Shown: piece by piece, positions 39,025 through 48,432 of the stretch
Numbering within the stretch: the first letter of the stretch is position 1
How the letters are laid out: each line of letters starts with the position of its first letter
Assembly (NCBI GenBank): GCA_038734945.1
Contig: JAVYOA010000009.1
Span: forward strand, 62,001-126,000
From: Fervidicoccaceae archaeon
GTDB lineage: Archaea; Thermoproteota; Thermoprotei_A; Sulfolobales; Fervidicoccaceae
Direction: 5' to 3'
Length of the DNA stretch: 64,000 nt
Position numbers and translations under genes: made by a program
Notes under the pieces: model-generated
Seen by the model: only the letters and a program-made list of their open reading frames with translations
What the model was told of the DNA's origin: nothing
Databases searched by the model: none

Positions 39025-41406
39025 TTGCAGGAGGAAAAATTCCTCTATATAAGGAAACCAATTCCAAGGATGGATATTGACAAGGTAACAGGGGAAGCTA
39101 CATACGTTGCTGATTTGGAGATTCCTGGAGCACTTTGGATGAAGCTCGTTGGAAGTCCATATCCCCATGCCAGAATTCTCGAGATTGATACCAGTGAGGC
39201 AGAAAAGGCCCCTGGGGTTGAAGCCATACTAACTGGAAAGGACTTTCCCTTCAGAATAGGTCATCATATAAGGGATAGAGAAGTCTTTGCCCAGGAGAGA
39301 GCACTGTATGTGGGGCATCCTGTAGCAGCAGTGATTGCAGAATCACTGGAGGCTGCTGAGAGAGCAGCGGAGCTAATAAAGATCAAATACGAACCCCTTC
39401 CCTATGTGCTTGATCCTGTGGAGGCAATGAAGCCAGATGCTCCTATTCTTCACCCAAAGCTTGGAGAATACGAGCATCTTCCATTCCTATATCCTATTCC
39501 TGGAACGAACATAGCCCATCGCTTCAAGCTCAGAAAGGGATCTATTGAAGCGGGAGAGAGGGAAGCAGATGTAATTGTTGAGGAGGAGTACAGACTTCCC
39601 ATGCTTCATCACTCCTATCTTGAGCCCTGGGGTGCTGTTGCGAGGGTGAGGAGCGATGGGACTATCGAAATTTGGTCATCGACCCAGGGTCCATTCGCAG
39701 TTAGAACGCAGCTAGCTCACTCTTTGCACATTCCAGAATCAAAGATAATTGTTCATTATCTCTATGTAGGAGGAGGATTTGGGGCTAAGAGCGACTTGTT
39801 TCTCGAATATTTTCCTGTGTTAGCTTCAATGAAGCTCAATGGGAGGCCTGTGAAGCTGATACTAAATAGAGAGGAAAGCTTCTACTACGGATATCACAGA
39901 GGGGAATACATCCTAAGGATGAGAACTGGTGCAAGAAGAAGCGATGGAAAGATCGTGTTCCATAGAGGAGAGTATATATATGGTACTGGACACGCTGCCG
40001 ACCTAGGTTCCCTCCTAGGAAACACTGTAGGATGGCTGGCTACAGGGCCATACGATATACCAAATGTTTGGGTTGATTCCTATACAGTCTACACGAACAA
40101 GCCCACAACTACAGCATTTAGAAACTACACACATACTGAGCTCTGGTTTGCATTCGAGCAACAGATGGACATATTAGCTGAAAAGCTCGGATTAGATCCT
40201 GTTGAATTCAGGCTCAGAAATCTGATAAGGCCAGGCGTTTCAACGCTTCCAAGCGGGCAGCCGGTTACAGAAGATTGGGGTGATCCAGAGGGCGTTCTAA
40301 GGAGAGCGGCTGAGCTCATAGAGTGGGGGAAGGAGCCTGAGCAGCCAAAGGAGCCCTGGAAAAAGAGGGCAAAGGCTATCGTAATGGCGCCAAAGGGCCC
40401 ATCCATGCCACCAAACATAACAGCAGCAGCAGTTGTGAAGCTCAATGAAGATGGAAGCGTTGATCTCCTAACGGGAGTGGCTGAGCTAGGACAGGGCACC
40501 ATGAACTCTTTGGCGATGATGGTTGCAGAGGAGCTTCAAATACCCCTAGAGAAGGTTAGAGTCTATGGAATTGATAGAGATACATCGAATGCACCATATG
40601 ACTGGGAGACCTGTGCAAGCAGAGCAACCTTCGCTATAGGACAAGCCGTCCAGAGAGCTGTGGCAGATCTGAAGGAGCAGATAAGACAGATAGCATCTCA
40701 AGTTTTCAGGGTAGATCCGAGCTCTATAGAGATAAGGGATGGAAAAGCTATTGTTAAGGGAGAACCCTGGAAAGCCATCAGGCTTGAGGAGCTTGCCATG
40801 GGATACACTTTTCCAGATGGCCACGCTATATATGGACAGCTTATAGGAAGGGGCAGCTGGGTTCCAAGGAGAACAACAGGTTTGGATGAAAACGGAAGGG
40901 GCCATCCATTGGAATTTGTGACTTACAGCGCTCAAGCAGTAGAGATAGAGGTGGACATCTTGAATGGTAAAATAGATGTCTTGAGGGCGGCCGTTGCAGT
41001 TGATACTCCCTACATAAACAAGATCCTTGCCCTTGGACAGGTTTACGGAGGAGCACTTATGGGGATGAACATGGCTCTAAGGGAGGAAATAAAGTTCGAC
41101 GGGACCGGAAAAATACTCAATCCAGGCTTCACAGATTACAAGCTTCCAAGGGCTGGCGATGTGCCAAAGAACATAAGTATCGATTTCATTGCAACTAGGC
41201 TTCTTCATGATGCTCCATACGGAGCAAAGGGTCTGGCTGAAGTCATACTTGGAGGATGGCCAGCAGCAGTGGCCAACGCTCTATATAGAGCAACTGGGGT
41301 TCGAGTGAAAATGGCCCCTCTAACACAGGAGAGAGTGATAGAGGAAATCAAGAAACAGAGACCAGAGCTCATCGAACAGGCACTGAGGTCAATTGGAGGT
41401 GAATGA
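39025..41406 (+). CDS. Xanthine dehydrogenase-family molybdopterin-binding subunit
   Basis: KVTGEATYVAD, SPYPHA, STQGP, GGGFGAK, ELGQG, GAKGLAE; lacks the AYxCSFR motif of form I aerobic CODH. Confidence 0.92.
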   Translation: MQEEKFLYIRKPIPRMDIDKVTGEATYVADLEIPGALWMKLVGSPYPHARILEIDTSEAEKAPGVEAILTGKDFPFRIGHHIRDREVFAQERALYVGHPVAAVIAESLEAAERAAELIKIKYEPLPYVLDPVEAMKPDAPILHPKLGEYEHLPFLYPIPGTNIAHRFKLRKGSIEAGEREADVIVEEEYRLPMLHHSYLEPWGAVARVRSDGTIEIWSSTQGPFAVRTQLAHSLHIPESKIIVHYLYVGGGFGAKSDLFLEYFPVLASMKLNGRPVKLILNREESFYYGYHRGEYILRMRTGARRSDGKIVFHRGEYIYGTGHAADLGSLLGNTVGWLATGPYDIPNVWVDSYTVYTNKPTTTAFRNYTHTELWFAFEQQMDILAEKLGLDPVEFRLRNLIRPGVSTLPSGQPVTEDWGDPEGVLRRAAELIEWGKEPEQPKEPWKKRAKAIVMAPKGPSMPPNITAAAVVKLNEDGSVDLLTGVAELGQGTMNSLAMMVAEELQIPLEKVRVYGIDRDTSNAPYDWETCASRATFAIGQAVQRAVADLKEQIRQIASQVFRVDPSSIEIRDGKAIVKGEPWKAIRLEELAMGYTFPDGHAIYGQLIGRGSWVPRRTTGLDENGRGHPLEFVTYSAQAVEIEVDILNGKIDVLRAAVAVDTPYINKILALGQVYGGALMGMNMALREEIKFDGTGKILNPGFTDYKLPRAGDVPKNISIDFIATRLLHDAPYGAKGLAEVILGGWPAAVANALYRATGVRVKMAPLTQERVIEEIKKQRPELIEQALRSIGGE

Positions 41407-41407
41407 A

Positions 41408-42292
41408 ATGAGGGCTGAGGTTCCCATAGTGTTCAGAACAACGCTGCCTGAGCTGGAGGGCTATTTGAAGCCAAAAACTCTCGAGGAAGCATTGGAGATC
41501 CTAGACGAGCTCAATGACCAGGCGAAGATATATGCTGGAGGGACAGATCTTCTAATTGACATTAGGTTGAGAGGAGTAAGAAACAAGGTAATTGTTGACA
41601 TAAAGGATATCAAGGAATTGAAAGGCATACGAGAGGAAGGAGATAGAATTGTAATTGGAGCAACAACAACAATAGCGGAAATCAGATCGAGTCAGCTGAT
41701 ATCTTCCAAGCTCCCCCTTTTAAGAATGACAACGGAGAGATTTGCAGATCAATTCATAAGAGCAAGGGCCACTATTGGAGGAAATATATGCAATGCTTCT
41801 CCCGCTGCAGATACATCATTATCTCTCCTCGTCTATGGAGCAGAGGTCGAGCTAGCAAGCAGGCGTGGCAAGAGGATCATTCCATTATCTAGCTTCTTCA
41901 CCGGAGTAAAGCGCACAGCAATTGCTCCAGGAGAGCTTGTTGTCAGCATAAAAGTCCCTGTTCCCAGAGGGAGGCAGAAAGTCAAGTATCTCAGATATGA
42001 TAGGAGCGCTGAGGACTTGATGATTGTAGGGATAGCTGGAGCAGTGTTCGAGGAACCAGGATCCTCCAATAAAATAATCAATCTGAGCTATGGAGCTGTA
42101 GCTCCCATTCCACTGCTATTCAGCAATCTTCAAGATGCTCTAGAGAGAGGAGGAGAAGAGGAGATCCTTAGAATTGTCAAAGAAAAGGTATCTCCAATTT
42201 CAGATGTTAGGGCAAGCAGAGAGTACAGAATGCATCTCATAGAAGCTGGAACGAGGCTGTTGCTGAAAGAACTTTTGAGGGGAGGTGCATGA
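41408..42292 (+). CDS. Xanthine dehydrogenase-family FAD-binding subunit
   Basis: AGGTDL, IRARATIGGNICNASPAAD, PISDVRASREYR. Confidence 0.92.
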   Translation: MRAEVPIVFRTTLPELEGYLKPKTLEEALEILDELNDQAKIYAGGTDLLIDIRLRGVRNKVIVDIKDIKELKGIREEGDRIVIGATTTIAEIRSSQLISSKLPLLRMTTERFADQFIRARATIGGNICNASPAADTSLSLLVYGAEVELASRRGKRIIPLSSFFTGVKRTAIAPGELVVSIKVPVPRGRQKVKYLRYDRSAEDLMIVGIAGAVFEEPGSSNKIINLSYGAVAPIPLLFSNLQDALERGGEEEILRIVKEKVSPISDVRASREYRMHLIEAGTRLLLKELLRGGA

Positions 42293-42295
42293 GCT

Positions 42296-42772
42296 TTGGA
42301 GAAGGAAATCAGAATAAGGCTTAAGGTGAACGGAAGGCAGAAAGAGATCCAAGTTATGCCTAACGAAAGGCTGGTTGACACGCTCAGGGAAAAGCTTGGG
42401 CTGAAGTCTGTTAAGATGGGCTGTCTCACCGGAGAATGTGGCACATGCACAATAATTTATGATGGGCAGCTTGTAAAGAGCTGCCTAATTCTATCTGCAG
42501 AGGCTGATGGAAAGGAAATAACGACAGTGGAAGGAATTGCGAAAACAGAGGAAATGGAGAAGATAAAGAGGACTTTTGCGGCAAACAATGCTTTTCAGTG
42601 CGGCTTCTGCACTCCAGCATTCACCCTGCTGGCATATTGGCTGATGAAGAACAAACCAGAGGCAACGAATGAGGAAATAGAGGAAGCCTCCAACAGCATA
42701 CTCTGCAGGTGCACGGGCTACATCCAAATAATTCAGGCTATCAGAGAGGCACTATCTCTTCTCAGAAAGTAG
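42296..42772 (+). CDS. Xanthine dehydrogenase-family [2Fe-2S] subunit
   Basis: GCLTGECGTC, QCGFCTP, LCRCTGY. Confidence 0.93.
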   Translation: MEKEIRIRLKVNGRQKEIQVMPNERLVDTLREKLGLKSVKMGCLTGECGTCTIIYDGQLVKSCLILSAEADGKEITTVEGIAKTEEMEKIKRTFAANNAFQCGFCTPAFTLLAYWLMKNKPEATNEEIEEASNSILCRCTGYIQIIQAIREALSLLRK

Positions 42773-42854
42773 CACCAGCATCATTTGTTTTTTGAGAACA
42801 CACTCTCAATATTATTTTTTAGTTCTATCTATACTTAAATAGAGCTGTGAGCCC

Positions 42855-43700
42855 ATGGATGTAGGAAAGATTGATGCTATTGTTCTGGCAGGTGGACTGG
42901 GCAGGAGGTTCAGAGAGAAGGGTGGAGGAGACAAGCTCTTCTTCAATGTTGATGGCAAACCAGCAATAGTAAGAGTTGTGGAAAATCTCGAGAGGAGCTT
43001 TTCAAGAGTTATTGTGACTACTAAGCAGAATAGGCTAAAGGAGCTTCAAGCATTGATCGGAACGAAGGAGAGCGTGATGATAGTTGCGGATCAGATGGAA
43101 GAATACACTCCTGTAGCAGGAATGATAGCAGGAGCTAGAGAAGCACGAAGTGATCTTGTTTTCATCACCTCAGTAGATTCTCCATTCATTGAAGGTGATC
43201 TTCCAGCTGCGCTAATTGAGCTGAGTGGCAACTGCTGTGAAGCTGTTATTCCAATATGGCCCAACGGAAGGATAGAGCCCCTCCTCTCCATATACTCCAG
43301 GAGATCCCTTCTGGATGCAGAAAAAGCGATTGGGCTGAAGCCTGTTAGGGCAACCGATCCAGCAAGGCTGAGCACCTCCATTGCCATGATACCAATTGGG
43401 ATGCTCCTGGAAAGCGGTGTTAGATTGAGGGAGCTTGCTAACATAAACGAGCCTTCGGACTTAGAGAGGCCTCCAACGATCCCTTTGCCCTATGACGAAT
43501 ATGGGCTAACTCGAATTCACTATGGGAACAAGCACCACTATATGGAGGGAATTAGGAGCTTAGAGAATGGAGATCTCGCTTCAGCATCCTTGAGCTTCTC
43601 AGAGGAAGCAGTTTTCCTTTTCAAGCACAGACCTAGTGCTCTTTCTCTCCATGCCCTGCTGGATTCGCTCTTTTTTCTGAGGCTTCTCTCCAAAAGCTAA
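42855..43700 (+). CDS. mobA: Molybdenum cofactor nucleotidyltransferase (MobA-like) with C-terminal extension
   Basis: VLAGGLGRRF...DK, VDSP, EPLLSIY, NINEPSDL. Confidence 0.8.
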   Translation: MDVGKIDAIVLAGGLGRRFREKGGGDKLFFNVDGKPAIVRVVENLERSFSRVIVTTKQNRLKELQALIGTKESVMIVADQMEEYTPVAGMIAGAREARSDLVFITSVDSPFIEGDLPAALIELSGNCCEAVIPIWPNGRIEPLLSIYSRRSLLDAEKAIGLKPVRATDPARLSTSIAMIPIGMLLESGVRLRELANINEPSDLERPPTIPLPYDEYGLTRIHYGNKHHYMEGIRSLENGDLASASLSFSEEAVFLFKHRPSALSLHALLDSLFFLRLLSKS

Positions 43701-44365
43701 TCCATTAGACCTGGAACATAGAATATTCTTTCAATCCTTCTGAATATCTTGGAAAGAGCGAATCCCATGGCCACATATATGATTGCCAGCATCGAGTACA
43801 TCTCCAAGTACCTGAAGCTTCCAGCAGCCAAGTATCTTGTAACATAGAAGAGCTCTGGAAGCGTTACGAATGATGCTATGCTTGAGTACTTGAACAGAGA
43901 AACAAATTCATTGCTCAGAGATGTCATCGAGGATCTCAGTCCTATTGGAAGAACAATGCTGTACACGGCCCTCCACTTGGAGAGACCGAGTGAGACAGCA
44001 GCCTCATACTGTGTTTTCGGTACGCTCAGAAGTCCGGCCCTCAAGTACTCAGACTGATAGGCAGCAGAATTAAGTGCGAAGGAAATTATAGATGCCTGAA
44101 GCGGAGATAGGTTTATACCAATTGAGGGGGATGCATAGTAGATAAAAAATAGCTGGACAAGCATAGGAGTCCCCCTGAAAAGCTCCACATATCCTCTTAC
44201 AAGCCATTTTGGGATTGAAAAGGAGGAAAACACTCTAGCAACAGTTACTGCAGAAGCAAGCAGAAATCCAATTCCAAATGAAGCTATAGATACAAGAAGG
44301 GAGTATCCAAGGGCCTTGAGAATGAGCTCCCAATTATTAACTAATATATCGAATCCCAGAAGCAG
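43697..44365 (-). CDS. Polar amino acid ABC transporter permease, apparent CTG start
   Basis: FRGTPMLVQL, SAAYQSEYLRAG, QYEAA; frame open to 44368 and includes the first TM helix (ALGYSLLVSIASFGIGFLLA) missing from the track ORF. Confidence 0.88.
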   Translation of the reverse strand: MLLGFDILVNNWELILKALGYSLLVSIASFGIGFLLASAVTVARVFSSFSIPKWLVRGYVELFRGTPMLVQLFFIYYASPSIGINLSPLQASIISFALNSAAYQSEYLRAGLLSVPKTQYEAAVSLGLSKWRAVYSIVLPIGLRSSMTSLSNEFVSLFKYSSIASFVTLPELFYVTRYLAAGSFRYLEMYSMLAIIYVAMGFALSKIFRRIERIFYVPGLMD

Positions 44366-44371
44366 ATCTCA

Positions 44372-45145
44372 TCACCATTCAGGCTCTATTCTATGAAGTT
44401 CCCACATTCTGCTTAGAAAGGCTCTCGTCCTTTCCTTCTTTGGGGAGAACAAGACTTCCTTTGGAGTTCCGTCTTCAACAATCTCTCCTGAATCTATAAA
44501 GGCTATCTTCGTAGCAACTGATGCAGCGAATCCCAGCTCATGAGTTACAACAACCATTGTCATACCCTCACGGGCCAACTCCTTCATAACATCGAGAACC
44601 TCTCCTATGAGCTCGGGATCCAGAGCAGAAGTTGGCTCATCGAAGAGTATAACTTCGGGATCCATAGCTACAGCCCTCGCTATGGCAACCCTCTGCTGCT
44701 CCCCCCCGCTCAGCTGCGAGGGATACTTGCTCCACAAGTTCCTTGGAATATGAACCCTCTCTAGGGCAGCTTCAGCCCTTGCTTTTGCCTCCTCTGGTCT
44801 CATCCCTCTCACTTTAATTAGACCGAATGTCACATTTTTCATCACATTCATGTGAAGGAATAGATTGTAGTGCTGAAAAACCATTCCAATTCTTTTTCTG
44901 TATTCAGTTGGATCAACCTTGGGGGAAGTGAGCTCAATTCCATCGAAAAAGACCTTACCCCTATCAGGTCTTATCAGCAAGTTCATCATCCTAAGTAAAG
45001 TAGATTTACCTGAGCCTGAAGGACCTATTATTACAAACCTATCCTTCCTATTTATAGCCAGAGAGATGCCCTTCACTACTGGTCTTCCGTCGAAGAACTT
45101 CCAAACGCTCTCCACTCTCAGTATTTCATTGCCCACTTCAACCAC
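44372..45145 (-). CDS. Polar amino acid ABC transporter ATP-binding protein
   Basis: [47 protein letters not shown]. Confidence 0.95.
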   Translation of the reverse strand: MVEVGNEILRVESVWKFFDGRPVVKGISLAINRKDRFVIIGPSGSGKSTLLRMMNLLIRPDRGKVFFDGIELTSPKVDPTEYRKRIGMVFQHYNLFLHMNVMKNVTFGLIKVRGMRPEEAKARAEAALERVHIPRNLWSKYPSQLSGGEQQRVAIARAVAMDPEVILFDEPTSALDPELIGEVLDVMKELAREGMTMVVVTHELGFAASVATKIAFIDSGEIVEDGTPKEVLFSPKKERTRAFLSRMWELHRIEPEW

Positions 45146-45827
45146 CTATGTATTCACGGATGCTATATCCATAGGAGAGCTTTCTATAGAGATAATTGGC
45201 CAGAGACGAAAGGGAGAAGCATATAGCCAGGTAGACGGCTGAGACAAATAAAAGCGGATATGTGAAGCTGAGTATAACTTGAGCAACATGAACAGATTGT
45301 GTGAACATCTCCGTGACTCCTATGGCGTAGGCCACGGATGTGTCTTTCAGCAATATTGTATATTCATTTATTAGAGCAGGTATGGAGAGCCTGAGAACTT
45401 GGGGAAAAATTATGTATCTGAAGCTTCCCCACCTGCTTAGACCGATGGCCAGAGAGCTTTCGTATTGAGAAGTGCTTACCGAATGAAGAAGAGATCTGAA
45501 AATTTGGGATTGATAGGCCCCAGACAAAAGCCCCATCCCCAGCACAGCAGCAATGAAATTTGGAATTCTAATTCCCAAGGAAGGAAAACCATAGAATATG
45601 AGAAATAGCATGACTAGGAGAGGGATCCCCCTCAATACATCAACAATTCCATCCACAATCCTAGCTATAAGCTGAGTGGAAAAAGTTCTAATGAAGAGGA
45701 AAAAAGTTCCTATTATGAAGCCAAGAATGAAACCTAAAATTGAGAGGGAAAAAGTAGTGGTAAGGGCATCCAATATTATGTGTATATATGGAAAAAAAGT
45801 TTGGAATGATGCCAAGCTATGTAGCAC
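45138..45827 (-). CDS. Polar amino acid ABC transporter permease
   Basis: [27 protein letters not shown]. Confidence 0.92.
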   Translation of the reverse strand: MLHSLASFQTFFPYIHIILDALTTTFSLSILGFILGFIIGTFFLFIRTFSTQLIARIVDGIVDVLRGIPLLVMLFLIFYGFPSLGIRIPNFIAAVLGMGLLSGAYQSQIFRSLLHSVSTSQYESSLAIGLSRWGSFRYIIFPQVLRLSIPALINEYTILLKDTSVAYAIGVTEMFTQSVHVAQVILSFTYPLLFVSAVYLAICFSLSSLANYLYRKLSYGYSIREYIGG

Positions 45828-45828
45828 C

Positions 45829-46659
45829 TCACCCGAAGTACTTCGCTACTAGCTGATCCCATTGTGGTGAACCCAAAAGCTGCTTGAGTGCTGAATTCAG
45901 CTGATTAAGCAGCTGCGTGTCGTCCTTGTTAACAGCAAGGGCGAACCTTTGCCCAGTGTCTATTGTGGCTGAAATTACTACTGGATATTGCTTTGTAAAC
46001 GATTGAGCAACAGGAGTATCGATCATAGCAGCATCCAGCTTTCCATTGACAAGATCTTGAACTATCAAGATGAAGTTCTCATATGATTTCAAGTTTATCA
46101 CCTTTCCAGTTTCGTTCATATATTGCTTTACTATTAACTCTCCAGTAGTTGATGACTCGGCTCCAACAGTCTTTCCAACCAGATCGTCCAATGACTTAGG
46201 CATGAAGCTGCTTCCGTTCCTGACCACAATTGACATGCTTGCATTCCAGTACGGTATAGTGAAGGAAACAACCTTCTCCCTATCTGGCCTTATGGTGAGA
46301 CCTGCAGCTATGACATCTATCTGCTTATTTTGCAAAGCAAGTATCAAGCTATCAAAAGACATTGGAACTATCTGAACCTTGTATCCAGTCATGTTAGCAA
46401 GTATATTCACGAGATCGATGTCAAAGCCTACTATGTTACCCTTATCGTCAATGTATTCGAACGGTGGAAAGTCGGGAGATGTCCCAACTTTTAGGACAGG
46501 TAGCGAGCTGGATGCAGTGGTTGTAGTTCCTATAGTAGTACTGGTTGTCTGTGAAGTTTGAGTTTGCGTCGATACTCCTTGATGTGCAGCTCCATAGTAA
46601 GCTATCCCTGCTATTATGACAATGGCTACAACAGCTATTACCAATATTATATTCTTCAT
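45829..46659 (-). CDS. Polar/basic amino acid ABC transporter substrate-binding protein
   Basis: VGTSPDFPPFEY, GFDIDL, FTIPY; N-terminal TM helix and Thr linker; start at ATG 46659. Confidence 0.92.
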   Translation of the reverse strand: MKNIILVIAVVAIVIIAGIAYYGAAHQGVSTQTQTSQTTSTTIGTTTTASSSLPVLKVGTSPDFPPFEYIDDKGNIVGFDIDLVNILANMTGYKVQIVPMSFDSLILALQNKQIDVIAAGLTIRPDREKVVSFTIPYWNASMSIVVRNGSSFMPKSLDDLVGKTVGAESSTTGELIVKQYMNETGKVINLKSYENFILIVQDLVNGKLDAAMIDTPVAQSFTKQYPVVISATIDTGQRFALAVNKDDTQLLNQLNSALKQLLGSPQWDQLVAKYFG

Positions 46660-46779
46660 ATCTATCTCCCAAATGCTAGTTTGAAACATGACCCAAAGCA
46701 CAATTAATAAACTCTGCGTGCTACCCATGACAAATTTTTATTTTATCATTCTATGCGAAACATCTTCAGGAAAACCTGG

Positions 46780-47385
46780 CTATGGAGTGAGCAGCGATAT
46801 TGCCGAGAGAATAGCTGTTGCTGATAGAGAGAGGGCGAGGAACTTCAGAGATCCAGCTATCCCCCCTTCTCCGCTTATTTTTCCCATATATGCCCCCAAG
46901 AAGCCTATCATCGTGTTAAGCATGATAACAGAAGATCCCACAGCTTCCGCAATGCTTATCGCGCCCTTCACTGCTATGAAGAAAGGAATCAGAGATATAA
47001 ACGTGAAGAGAATACTCCCAAACATGCTCCATAGTGCAACATATATCGGGGCAAATCTCACCACCTCACTGTAAAGAGAGTTCCTTATTTCAATAAGCAG
47101 CTGCTCCTCAATCTCCCTGAGTTCTCTCAATCTCTCAGCCTTTTCAGTTACATAGACCCCAAAGAAAGAGGAGAAGATCCCCATAGTCATTGAACCTCCT
47201 AGAGCAGAGCCCAGATACGAATGGGGATTGGAGATCCCAAATATGTAGTTTCCCAGAACAATACCTATAATAGCTATCATGCTGTCAAAGCTGTTTGTAA
47301 CAAACATTCTCCTAGCTATTTCATCAACGCCCATGCTGGCAAGCAGTTTTCTTATGTAACTTAGCTCGTTGAACTTTCTCAACAA
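46780..47385 (-). CDS. VIT1/CCC1-like membrane protein
   Basis: ARRMFVTNSFDS, GVYVTEKAERLREL; several TM segments. Confidence 0.7.
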   Translation of the reverse strand: MLRKFNELSYIRKLLASMGVDEIARRMFVTNSFDSMIAIIGIVLGNYIFGISNPHSYLGSALGGSMTMGIFSSFFGVYVTEKAERLRELREIEEQLLIEIRNSLYSEVVRFAPIYVALWSMFGSILFTFISLIPFFIAVKGAISIAEAVGSSVIMLNTMIGFLGAYMGKISGEGGIAGSLKFLALSLSATAILSAISLLTP

Positions 47386-47513
47386 TTTACACTTTTCCTC
47401 CGAAAAATAACAATTTTATTTTTTCCCTTCAGCTTAAAATGCTTAATCCTAATTCTCTAAATTATCGGAAGTATTGTTGGAACTTTTAATAGATACCTTA
47501 GAAATTTATTTTT

Positions 47514-48365
47514 TTGCCGGTGTCTGGTTTGGCGAGAGAGTTCGAACTTATTCTGTATCAACATGGAAGGACTAAGCTGGGTTTAGATGAGAACCTAAAA
47601 AAAGTAGTGAAGAAGCTGGGGGAAGCAAGAGTTGAAACAAATGCTATAGCAGTTCTTCCGGAAATGTGGTTTGGTCCAATTGCAATAGAGGAAGACCGCC
47701 TCGATGCTGCCCTAACACCCCTTCATCTTCTCTCCACAGATTTAGGCATACATATAGTCCCAGGCGCATTTTACATCAAAACTGAGAGAGGGACATTCAG
47801 CAGAAGCTATCTGATTTCTCCAGGAGATAGGAGGGAGCTCATATCCGAAAAGATTTTCCCAAGCCACCCTATGAAGGAGAGGGAGAAAATAAAGAGGGGA
47901 AGGACGCTCAGAGTATTAGATCTGGGTTTCGCAAGGATTTCCTCGATAATCTGCGTAGATGCTATCTATCCAGAAATACCAAGATATCTATCAATAAATG
48001 GAGCAGAAATCATACTCAATCCTGCCAGCATTCCAGCAAACAGAGCTCAGCTGTGGAGAAGCTTAGCTTCGGTGAGAGCAGCGGAAAATACAGTCTTCTG
48101 GGCCACTGTTATGCTAACAGAATCCACATATCCAGATGGCAGACCTCTTAAGGGCGGAAGCGTTGTTGCTGGACCAAGGGGAGAAATAATTGCTGATATG
48201 GGAGCCCTCGAGCAGGCAATCAAGGTAAAAATTAGCCCTGATTTAATAGAGAAGCAGAGGTCGAGGTGGCCCTACCTCAGAGATATAGAGGAAATTGGAT
48301 GGAAAAGCAAATATGAAGCTATGCTATTGAATGAAATGATAGACGAAACGGAGCAAAAAGCATAG
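47514..48365 (+). CDS. Carbon-nitrogen hydrolase (nitrilase family)
   Basis: Glu-Lys-Cys triad in LPEMW, SEKIFP, ICVDAIYPE; RAAEN. Confidence 0.88.
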   Translation: MPVSGLAREFELILYQHGRTKLGLDENLKKVVKKLGEARVETNAIAVLPEMWFGPIAIEEDRLDAALTPLHLLSTDLGIHIVPGAFYIKTERGTFSRSYLISPGDRRELISEKIFPSHPMKEREKIKRGRTLRVLDLGFARISSIICVDAIYPEIPRYLSINGAEIILNPASIPANRAQLWRSLASVRAAENTVFWATVMLTESTYPDGRPLKGGSVVAGPRGEIIADMGALEQAIKVKISPDLIEKQRSRWPYLRDIEEIGWKSKYEAMLLNEMIDETEQKA

Positions 48366-48432
48366 GATTTTAGCTCAAATCCTCAGTCAAGCTTGCCTTA
48401 TCAGCTCTCTTCAAAGCATTTTCTCCTTGAAC

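Noticed and set aside
39025..42772. Aerobic Mo-Cu CO dehydrogenase (coxLMS)
   Set aside because: No AYxCSFR Cu-ligand motif and no cox accessory genes; only generic XDH-family membership is supported
48366..48432. Possible C/D-box sRNA on the minus strand (TGAAGA and CTGA words)
   Set aside because: Box spacing does not give a proper C-D'-C'-D layout; a covariance or snoRNA search would be needed
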